DNA from: Octopus sinensis
Taxonomy: Eukaryota
Direction: 5' to 3'
DNA: 16,092 nt
NCBI RefSeq assembly: GCF_006345805.1
Contig: NW_021825292.1
Location: forward strand, 1-16,092
Shown here: positions 1 to 8,329 of the stretch, one piece after another
Numbering within the stretch: position 1 is the stretch's first letter
How the letters are laid out: every line of letters starts with the position of its first letter
The notes under the pieces: model-generated
The model's input: only the letters and a program-made list of their open reading frames with translations
Database searches by the model: none
Told to the model about the DNA's origin: nothing
Program-made: the position numbers and the translations under genes

Positions 1-216
1 CACACCAACACACACACATACACATACATATATATACATATATACGACAGGCTTCTTTCAGTTTCCGTCTACCAAATCCACTCACAAGCAAGGCGTTGGT
101 CGGCGTTGGAGGCTATAGTAGAAGACACTTGCCCAAGGTGCCACGCAGTGGGACTGAACCCAGAACCATGTGGTTGGTAAGCAAGCTAATTACCACACAG
201 CCACTCCTGCGCCTAT
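1..216 (-). mobile_element. Family A tRNA-derived SINE, 5' half plus internal (TA/TG)n linker; runs off the window start
   Basis: Reverse complement of 47-216 matches the heads of the + copies at 1795, 4068 and 12124 (ATAGGCGCAGGAGTGGCTGTGTGGTAA...GGTTCAGTCCCACTGCGTGGCA.CTTGGGCAAGTGTCTTC...GAAACTGAAAGAAGCCTGTCG). It carries Pol III box A-like TGGCTGTGTGG and box B-like GGTTCAGTCC. Confidence 0.9.
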
Positions 217-225
217 GACACATTT

Positions 226-264
226 CGTGTGTGCGAGCGTGTGTATGAGTGTGTACGAGTGAGT

Positions 265-300
<36 letters not shown>
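226..300. repeat. Compound (GT)n/(GAGT)n/(GA)n microsatellite
   Basis: Directly visible; accounts for the low-complexity N-termini of ORFs 113..319 and 263..460. Confidence 0.95.
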
Positions 301-303
<3 letters not shown>

Positions 304-325
304 TAATAGTGAGAAACACTTCTCA

Positions 326-548
326 TGGCACCAGCAGACAAAATGGAAAAGGCATTGCTCCGGAGGCGAAATTATTTTCCCACGAGAGTTCCGGATCCCA
401 GTAAGGAACTCATTTGCATACAGCCAAACAGAGCTTACCTTGGCCTTGTTGTCAAGTTAATAAACACACTCTACCAAGTGAACTCAAGACGAATGACGGT
501 GTTGTAAGTCGACCAATCGCTAAGTTATTCCCTGATATTAGAAGGAGA
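326..548 (+). pseudogene. Degenerate C-terminal end of a BEL/Pao LTR-retrotransposon pol (post-integrase region), frameshifted
   Basis: Three colinear motifs lie in different frames: WHQQTKWKR (326-352), LGLVVKL (439-459) and LKTNDGVVSRPIAKLFP (483-533). They resemble the BEL/Pao pol terminus pattern LQ.R.KW...LGRV..L...V.T..G...RPI.KL.P, and are followed by purine tract AGAAGGAGA (540-548) and TGT. Family call is from motif recall, not from a search. Confidence 0.55.
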
Positions 549-550
549 CA

Positions 551-1114
551 TGTAATGAGATAGATTTGCATTTATAACCTATTATTGGATTTTGTTAGGG
601 GCCCCATGTGGTAAAGATATGGATGGGAAAAATGTGGGTAAAAGGTGAAGTGCTAGCAACCCTCCCCACTTACTGTTTTACAAAGTAAACAACAACAGAA
701 CACGTAGATGCTGCCTTTAATTCAGCTTAGAAGCTACAGTGAAGAAAGCATGTTCTTTGTCTATCTCCTTACCTTCTTGGAGATTTTAGGTATAATTAAA
801 CTAATGTGTCCATCTGTTTTAATTTAATTAAATTCTATGTTTTTGTGCAGCGGAGGATTGCTCTGCATTTAAATTGATGTAATGATTGCATTGTTCAATT
901 AAATGGTGTTGCTCGAAACGATCGTACTGCATCATCTCTGGATATGCTTGTGGCTGATTTTGATTTTAATCACCATATTTTGAAATTGTATAGATAATAC
1001 CGTACTAAATTCTGGTGCCTTAACTTAAGCACCATATTCATCTGAATCTACATTATATATATATATATATTGTGAACGCTTTTGCAACTTTAATAAAAAC
1101 ATATTACTCCAACA
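551..1114 (+). mobile_element. Candidate 3' LTR of the BEL/Pao remnant
   Basis: Starts TGT 2 nt after the purine tract. A plausible end is AATAAAAACATATTACTCCAACA (polyA signal then ...AACA at 1111-1114). No second LTR is in the window, so the right boundary is unconfirmed. Confidence 0.35.
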
Positions 1115-1220
1115 TTGATATGTATGTACTAGTTTTTGTTTTCACCTTGTTTTGCATTTATGCACATACTCGCATATATGCATATACACTTACATGCGTA
1201 TATATATATATATATATATA

Positions 1221-1407
1221 AAAAGTTAATCCAAACAAGAAAACACAAAAAAAAACACAGCAACGCGAGGACGTGGAACAAATAAAGTATTATTGGACGC
1301 TCAGGAAAGAAGGGAAGGAGGAGGGTTTAACATTTCGAGCGGAGCTCTTCGTCGGAAACATAGGGAAAGGAAAGATCCAGAGAAGGGAAGACAGAGGAAA
1401 AAAATCG
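1221..1407 (-). mobile_element. Probable Penelope-like-element (pseudo-LTR) or retrozyme-type fragment ending in (TA)n
   Basis: Contains a hammerhead-like core on the - strand (next feature), flanked by pyrimidine-rich tracts and terminating at a (TA)n run (1199-1220). Association of minimal type I hammerheads with Penelope-like elements is established knowledge; the assignment of this fragment is inference. Confidence 0.5.
1325..1359 (-). ncRNA. Minimal type I hammerhead-ribozyme-like motif (variant core)
   Basis: The - strand reads GTTT-CCGACGA-A-GAGC-TCC-GCTC-GAAA-TG-T-T-AAAC. This gives stem I GTTT/AAAC, core CCGACGA (canonical CUGANGA, U4->C), stem II GAGC/GCTC, GAAA, a near-palindromic A(T)GT stem III remnant and a putative GUU cleavage triplet. 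Confidence 0.5.
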
Positions 1408-1481
1408 TATATATTATATATTATATATATTATAATACCATATTACATTGCTTATATCAAGTGATATTGTATGATCGGACG

Positions 1482-1600
1482 GTGGACTGAAGCAACCCGA
1501 AACAAGCATTTTGCTCAAGAACTCAATATGCCGCCTGGTCTGGGAATCGAACCCATAGTTTAGCAATCGGAAATACAGCAGCCTAACCACTGGGCCGTGT
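1482..1600 (-). mobile_element. Family D tRNA-derived SINE head fragment (diverged; head related to family C)
   Basis: CTGGTCTGGGAATCGAACCC...CCTAACCACTGGGCC is the reverse complement of box B (GGTTCGATTCC) and box A (GGCCCAGTGG) and aligns to the family C heads at 6830-6900 and 14581-14641. The downstream part (TTCTTGAGCAAAATGCTT) differs from family C. Confidence 0.7.
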
Positions 1601-1794
1601 ACGTTCATACGTACTATACAACATGTAACAAACGCACTGTACCTCCAGATATTTCGATTCATAACGTCAAGTTTTCTTCAACATTACCCCAGGTGTTTAT
1701 ATCTTTTAAATAAAAATTGACCCCACATGCAAGAATCGCAATCAAATGAAATTTGAAATGACCCAAACTGAGCAGAAAATATAAATTATTATAA

Positions 1795-2207
1795 ATAGGC
1801 GCAGGAGTGTCTGTGTGGTAAGTAGCTTGCTACCAACCACATGGTTCCGGGTTCAGTCCCACTGCGTGGCATCTTGGGCAAGTGTCTTCTGCTATAGCCC
1901 GGGCCGACCAATGCCTTGTGAGTGGATTTGTAGACGGAAACTGAAAGAAGCCTGTCGATATATGTATATGTATTATATGTATGTGTGTGTTTTGTGTGTC
2001 CTGTGTTTGTCCCCCTAGCATTGCTTGACGCCGATTCTGGTGTGTTTTACGTCCCCGTCACCTAGCGGTTCGGCAAAAGAGACCGATAGAATAAGTACTG
2101 GGCTTACAAAGAATAAGTCCCGGGGTCGATTGCTCGACTAAAGGCGGTGCTCCACATGGCCGCAGTCAAAAGACTGAAACAAGTAAGAGTAAAAGAGTAA
2201 AAAGAGT
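1795..2207 (+). mobile_element. Family A SINE, full length
   Basis: tRNA-like head, CTTGGGCAAGTGTCTT block, internal TA/TG microsatellite (about 1958-2000), 3' module, terminal hairpin CAGTC-AAAA-GACTG and an (A)nGAGT repeat tail. Colinear with 4068-4476 and 12124-12546. Confidence 0.93.
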
Positions 2208-2296
2208 ATACCAAAACTTCATTATGAAAAGAAGCAAGAAATATCCTTTTACTTTTTACTATAGGTCCAAATTCTGAAATTTTGTGGTGGGCTTTA

Positions 2297-2456
2297 TTCG
2301 ATTACGCTAACCCCATGCTCTAAATTTGTACTTATTTTATTTATCACACGTCGAAAGGATGAAGGGCAAAAATCGACCTCGGTGGAGTTTGAACTTCGAA
2401 CGTAAAGAAGAGCGAAATGCTAATATTTTGTTCGGCGTGCTAACCATTCTGCCAAC
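2297..2456 (-). mobile_element. Old, diverged family B-related SINE fragment
   Basis: GAAAGGATGAAGGGCAAAAATCGACCTCGGTGGAGTTTGAACT...CGGCGTGCTAACCATTCTGCCA aligns with the reverse complement of the family B head and body at 7217-7380. Confidence 0.75.
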
Positions 2457-2460
2457 ATGA

Positions 2461-2797
2461 GTACACATACACATTCACACAACACATACACACATACATA
2501 CACATATGCACACATACACACACACACATACCTCCATGCATACTCACACATACACACACATACAAACACATCCACACATATACTCACAAACACACACGCA
2601 CACATACCTCCATGCATACTCACACATACACACACATATAAACACATCCACACATATACTCACAAACACACACACACACAAGCACAATACCTCCATGCAT
2701 ACTCACACATACACACACATACAAACACATCCACACATATACTCACAAACACACACACACACACACAAGCACACACAAACACACAAACACACACACA
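2461..2797. repeat. CA-rich tract containing three higher-order units of about 76-83 bp
   Basis: Unit ATACCTCCATGCATACTCACACATACACACACATA(C/T)AAACACATCCACACATATACTCACAAACAC... starts at 2528, 2604 and 2687. Confidence 0.9.
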
Positions 2798-3684
2798 TTA
2801 AAATGTTGAATAAGCAACATAACTCTTTCTGGAAGACAGTTGAATGCGAAAACCTCATATGACAAGGTTACAAAAGTGTAACAAAAATATTCTGAAGACG
2901 ATGAAATAAATTCAACAATAAGAATCGAAAAATGTCAATGAGCTGCGCGTCTGTTAGGTAATACCATCCAGACATCATCGGCTTTATATCCATTTTGCTG
3001 AAGAAATTTGGACATCAAGTCTAATCGGAGGACAGAAAGCTGTACAACTTAGAGGTCTACTTGACATATTTCAGTTTAGAATTACCAACCGGCATTTCAC
3101 ATTTAATCAGCAGCATTTAATTAGTTTTTTTTTTTGTTTTTTTTTTTTACCGAAAATGCCAATATTTTGAGAGAACGAAACAAAAATGTTGGTATAAACC
3201 TGTAGATCTTTTTTTAAAAATTTTATATCTTTTACTAGTTTAAGTCGTTTTACTGCAGCCATGGTGGAGCAGCACCTTGAGTTTTTTTTAATCAAATGAC
3301 CCTAGTATTTTGTTTCTTTTTAAAGCTTAGCAGTTATTCTATCTTTCTCTTTTGTCGAACCGCTATGTTCGGAGACACAAACACACCAATACCGATTGTG
3401 AAACGGTAGTCGGGAGGAGGGGTGCAAACACATACACACAGATACGCACATAGACATACATACATGCAAGCATACATACATTTATATATATATATGTGAA
3501 AATAAATATATAATTATAATAAAGGGTTATTTGCAACAAGTTGCTTAAACCACCATACCGAAAATATTAGAAATAGCAGCCAAATAGGTTACCATTACTA
3601 TTACTACAAAAATTAGTGTCCACAAACAAAAAAAAGAAGGAAGACAACGAAATCACACAGTCTATTTTGGATCAATAAATAAAT

Positions 3685-3704
3685 ATGTATATATATACGA
3701 CGGG

Positions 3705-3745
<41 letters not shown>
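3685..3745. repeat. (TA)n microsatellite, the internal linker of the adjacent family A fragment
   Basis: Directly visible; interrupted by CGACGGGC at 3698-3705. Confidence 0.9.
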
Positions 3746-3746
<1 letters not shown>

Positions 3747-3891
3747 GTCGGGCTTCTCTCAGTTTCCGTCTACCAAGTCCACACGCAAGGCTATGGTCAG
3801 CCCGGGGCTATAGTAGAAGACACTTGCCCGAGATATCACGCAGTGGAATTGAATCTGGAATCATGCGCTTTGAAGCAAGCTTCTTTCCACA
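3746..3891 (-). mobile_element. Family A SINE, diverged 5' portion only
   Basis: CGTCGGGCTTCTCTCAGTTTCCGTCTACCAAGTCCAC...GCTATAGTAGAAGACACTTGCCC...AAGCAAGCTTCTTTCCACAC is the reverse complement of the family A head; the 3' module is absent. Confidence 0.85.
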
Positions 3892-4067
3892 CTCAATTCG
3901 TAACAAGTTCCTGCACGAACTATCACATCTCTGAGAAATCCAGAAGTATGTATTCGCTTCCACGCTGACATTACATTGTGCCACAAATATTTTACGCCTT
4001 CGAAATACGACATTGATACACACGATGAACATTGTACGCGACTGTTCTTCTGCCTGTAAAAATTTGC

Positions 4068-4476
4068 ATAGGCCGCAGGAGTGGCTGTGTGGTAAGTAGC
4101 TTGCTAACCAACACACATGGTTCTAGGTTCAGTCCCACTGGGTGGCATCTTGGGCAAGTGTCTTCTGCTATAGCCCCGGGCCGACCAATGCCTGTGAGTG
4201 GATTGGTAGACGGAAACTGAAAGAAGCCTGTCGTATATATTATATATTGTGGTGTGTGTTGTGTGTCTGTGTTTGTCCCCCTAGCATTGCTTGACAACCG
4301 ATGCTGGTGTGTTTACGTTCCCGTCACTTAGCGGTTCGGCAAAAAAAAAGAGACCGATAGAATAAGTACTAGGCTTACAAAGAATAAGGCCGGTGTCGAT
4401 TGCTCGACTAAAGGCGGTGCTTCCAGCATGGCCGCAGTCAATGACTGAAACAAGTAAAAGAGAAAAAAGAGAGAGT
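4068..4476 (+). mobile_element. Family A SINE, full length
   Basis: Colinear with 1795-2207 from ATAGGC to the GACTGAAACAAGTAAAAGAG tail. Confidence 0.93.
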
Positions 4477-4985
4477 ATTAAAATCTCTCCTGCAATTATA
4501 TCCAACCATCTTAAAAAAAAACGAAAGAAGACATTTGCAAATCGTAGCCCTAGTTAAACTAAGCCAGCAATGTTAAGAAAGAAAGATGGTGGCGATTGGC
4601 TTAGAGATGTATAACTATTATACAGTAAGAAAATTAGTCCCCATTTCAAACACCAAAAGGCAATTTTTTTTTTTTTTGTTTAGACTTGTCAGAACAAAAA
4701 AAGGAAAAAAATTCTAATCTCAGTTTTTCAGAAAACTTCATATCATTGCTAAGGAATCGACAATGTCCTCAGGGGTAAAATGGTTTCTCTGTGGAAATTT
4801 TCGAGACTGTTGGTGGCTGCTTTCACACCATGTTTTTTGTAGTTTTATAGTTGCGTTGATTTGATTTCTTTCCTAATTAAGATATTTTGGTTTTATTTCC
4901 TTCCCACCCTCCACTATTTTTCTTTTTTGGCCTGGATTTCCATTTTAACTTTTTCAACAATTTTAAGTGAAATTTTATTCGGATG

Positions 4986-5164
4986 TTACACACACACACA
5001 AACATTCATACTGTTATTACATATACCTATATATATATTATATATATATATGGCGGTGGTATATACATATGATGTATATGTATACATACAATATATATAT
5101 GTATATATTATATAATTTATATATATATATATAATATATATATATGTATATGTATATGTATATG

Positions 5165-5209
<45 letters not shown>

Positions 5210-5367
5210 GCATGTATGTATGTATACCAAACATATGTGAGGGGTCTCTCTCTCTCTAACTGTGTGCTGTGTGTTGAATGTGTGTATGTGGGTGTATTTG
5301 AGACTCTGTGTGTGTGCGTTGTGTGTGTGTGTATGTGTGTATATGTGAGTGTGTGTGTGTGTGTGTG
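4986..5367. repeat. Compound (CA)/(TA)/(TC)/(TG) microsatellite block
   Basis: Directly visible; source of the YI/HT/CV-repeat ORFs at 4861-5445. Confidence 0.95.
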
Positions 5368-5517
5368 TTCTGGATGAGACCACCCACGTTTGCATTCCAG
5401 CTCCATCATTAGACCACATCCTGAAGGTTTAGATTTATCTTCCAACTCTTGTCTTCATACAGCGTCAGCAATATAGACATTAGCCATCGCCAGTAATAAT
5501 ACGTAGGGCGACCATCT

Positions 5518-5650
5518 TCACCGCCGCCATCACCGCCACCACCACCACCACCACCACCACTGCAAACAACAACAACAACAACAACAAAATCAAGAACAGC
5601 AACGGCAGCATTGATACTCCATTGTTAGCATTACCACCACACTCACCATC
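5518..5650. repeat. Compound trinucleotide tract (CCG/CCA)n, (AAC)n, (AGC)
   Basis: Directly visible. Confidence 0.9.
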
Positions 5651-5871
5651 ATTACAATCTGCTATCTAAATAAACACCTCACCCACAAACAAAATGGCTT
5701 ACAAAACACTAGATAACTACTACGAGCGCTGATAAAAAAAAGATGATGACATTAAGACAATATCATTGCACTTTATAAGCGATACCTTAAAATTAAAAAG
5801 ATAAACCTATATCGGATGTTGTATTCTTTATACATAAAATGACTTCAGAGTTACAACAGGAACTGCGTGGG

Positions 5872-5878
5872 CTATATA

Positions 5879-5912
<34 letters not shown>
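5872..5912. repeat. (TA)n microsatellite
   Basis: Directly visible. Confidence 0.95.
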
Positions 5913-5913
<1 letters not shown>

Positions 5914-6026
5914 CTAGATCAGATCTTATCCCAAACTAGGGCAAACACCGCACTGTGACTACTATTCCATATTGATGATATTTTAAATTGCTTATCGTGG
6001 GCTCTCCTAGCAAAGAATCTTCTTAA

Positions 6027-6439
6027 TTCTTTATTGCCCTCAAGGGTTAAACATGGAGGGGACAATCAAGGACAAACAAATGGATTAAGTCGATTACATC
6101 GACCCCAGTGCGTAACTGGGACTTATCTAATCGACCCCGAAGGATGAAAGGCAAAGTCGCCGTCGGTGGAATTTGAACTCAGAACGTAACCCGGCAGACG
6201 AAATACCTATTTCTTTACTACCCACAAGGGGCTAAACACAGACGAACAAACAAGGACAGACAGACGGATCAAGTCAACTATATCGACCCCAGTGCGCAAA
6301 CTGGTACTTATCTAATCGACTCCGAAGGATGAAGGTAAAGTCGACCTCGGCGGAATTTGAACTCAGAACGTAACAGCAGACGAAATTCGGCTACGCATTT
6401 CGCCCGGCGTGCTAACGGTTCTGCCAGCTCGCCGCCTAA
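6027..6439 (-). mobile_element. Family B tRNA-derived SINE, internally duplicated (dimeric) form with degenerate TSD
   Basis: Head at 6436 (reverse complement GGCGGCGAGCTGGCAGAA), full unit 6208-6436, headless second unit 6027-6207. Flanks TAGCAAAGAATCTTCTTAA (6008-6026) and TAGCTAAGAATTCTTCTTTAA (6440-6460) look like a decayed TSD of about 20 bp. Confidence 0.9.
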
Positions 6440-6518
6440 TAGCTAAGAATTCTTCTTTAACTTGATATCGATGTAGTAAGTTAATATTGATGAAATAATC
6501 AGAAACGGGAGATACATA

Positions 6519-6901
6519 TGGAAGCACTCCGTCGGTTGCGACGACGAGGGTTCCGGTTGATCCGAATCAACGGAACAGCCTGCTCGTGAAATTAACGTGT
6601 AAGTGGCTGAGCACTCCACAGACACGTGTACTCTTAACGTAGTTCTCGGGGATATTCAGCGTGACACAGAGAGTGACAAGGCCGGCCCTTTGAAAATACA
6701 GGTACAACAGAAACAGAAAGTAAGATTGAGAGAAAGTTTTGGTGAAAGAGTACAGCAGGGATCACCACCATCCCCTGCCGGAACATCGTGGAGCTTTTAG
6801 GTGTTTTCGCTCAATAAACACTCACAACGCCCGGTCTGGGAATCGAAACCGCAATCCTACGCAATCCTACGCGAGTCCGCTGCCCTAACCACTGGGCCAT
6901 T
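6519..6901 (-). mobile_element. Family C tRNA-derived SINE, nearly full length, 12-bp TSD
   Basis: On the - strand, box A TGGCCCAGTGG and box B GGTTTCGATTCC. Colinear with 14274-14653. TSD GGGAGATACATA (6507-6518) / GGGAGATGCATA (6902-6913), one mismatch. Confidence 0.92.
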
Positions 6902-7216
6902 GGGAGATGCATAGCTCTGTTGTCCAATGAGCTTGAAACACTGTACTTCAACTGCGATACGGCTATTGCCTAAAGGTTAAAGCATTGCTCTCTTCCTTGA
7001 AAAATTTTCAATGCCTTTAATTGTCATAAGGCATGAATAAGTCTTTTATCATAGTCTCAAATCAACCCAAAATTTTATGCGTAACTTTAGAAAGACGGAA
7101 ACTTTGTAGAACTCCGTCGGACGGATTGTACTTCTACTCCAAAGATCTGGCCTTATTGAGAAACGTGTCACAGTGATTCCACTTGTAGATTACGTTAAGG
7201 GTATCCATTACGTTAA

Positions 7217-7634
7217 GGCGGCGAGCTGGCAGAAACGTTAGCACGCCGGGCGAAATGCTTAGCGGTATTTCGTCTGCGTTACGTTGTGAGTTTAAATTCC
7301 GCCGAGGTCGACTTTGCCTTTCATCATTTCGGGGTAGATAAATTAAGTACCAGTTACGCACTGGGGTCGATGTAATCGACTTAATACCTATGTCTGTCCT
7401 TGTTTGTCTCCTCTGTGTTTAGCCCCTTGTGGGTAATAAAGAAATAGGTATTTCGTCTGCGTTACGTTGTGAGTTCAAATTCCGCCGAGGTCGACTTTGC
7501 CTTTCATCCTTTCGGGGTCGATAAATTAAGTACCAGTTACGCACTGGGGTCGATGTAATCGACTTAATACCTATGTCTGTCCTTGTTTGTCCCCTCTGTG
7601 TTTAGCCCCTTGTGGGTAATAAAGAAATAGGTAT
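7217..7634 (+). mobile_element. Family B SINE, internally duplicated form (head + 2 x 183-bp unit + GGTAT)
   Basis: GGTAT starts at 7264, 7447 and 7630 (period 183). The two units differ at only about 4 positions by eye. Box B GAGTT(T/C)AAATTCC is in both units; the box A region is only in the head. Candidate TSD ACTTGTA at 7181-7187 / 7635-7641. Confidence 0.93.
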
Positions 7635-7749
7635 ACTTGTATGTGGAATGCTTTAGCCGCTCACTCCTTTAAATCAATGAACAAGTACTAAAGCTGACCG
7701 ATCAATTGCCAAGTCGTCCTCGACTCGACAGAGATCCAATTACTTAAAC

Positions 7750-7941
7750 ACGCGCGCACGAATACAGATGTATGTATATGTATCCACAAATCTATCCACA
7801 CATACATATATATATATACATAATATATGTGAACATAAAACGTATGTACGTACACATATCACAAAAACATATATATATATAAGTGCATATATATATATGT
7901 ATATATATGTATGTATAATACATATTATATAATATATATGC

Positions 7942-8006
<65 letters not shown>

Positions 8007-8061
8007 GCAAATATATATATGCATATATTTATGTGTATATATATACATATGTACACACACC

Positions 8062-8092
<31 letters not shown>

Positions 8093-8167
8093 ACATATGG
8101 ATACATACATGCATACCTACCTTTAACGTGCATACATAAAGGCAGGTAGATAGACAGATAGCTAGCA

Positions 8168-8203
<36 letters not shown>

Positions 8204-8240
8204 AGATAGATAGATAAGTAGATAGAGGGCTAGATAGATT
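7750..8240. repeat. (TA)n-rich compound microsatellite ending in (ATAG)n
   Basis: Directly visible. Confidence 0.93.
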
Positions 8241-8329
8241 TTAGTACTAAATAATAAGGGTTACCAGTTTCATAAATGAGGTAAAGAAATTATAATTCTC
8301 ATTTAACGATAATTTACAATCTCTTTCAA

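Noticed and set aside
837-905. Acceptor-like TTTTTGTGCAG followed by a possible exon
   Set aside because: All three frames stop within about 35 nt and no partner exon was found.
845-930. Second hammerhead-like arrangement on +: TGCAG-CGGAGGA...long hairpin...GAAACGATCGTA-CTGCA
   Set aside because: Stem I, a palindromic stem III and a GUA triplet are present. However, the core is CGGAGGA and the base of stem II cannot pair (TTGCTC occurs as a direct, not inverted, repeat). Too degenerate to call; worth rechecking only if a family consensus restores it.
3541-4530. Possible older repeat split in two (…AGAAATAGCAGCCAAAT at 3570-3585 and AAATCTCTCC…CCATCTTAAAAAA at 4481-4520)
   Set aside because: Rests only on my recollection of an octopus repeat; nothing within the window confirms that the two pieces were contiguous.
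5370-5450. Short non-repetitive stretch with an open minus frame (…EDKSKPSGCGLMMELECKRGWSHPE)
   Set aside because: No convincing splice sites and no recognised homology; it runs directly into microsatellite.
7264-7634. Tandem 183-bp units or other spaced repeats as a CRISPR-like array
   Set aside because: Eukaryotic SINE sequence; the units are whole-element duplications without unique spacers.
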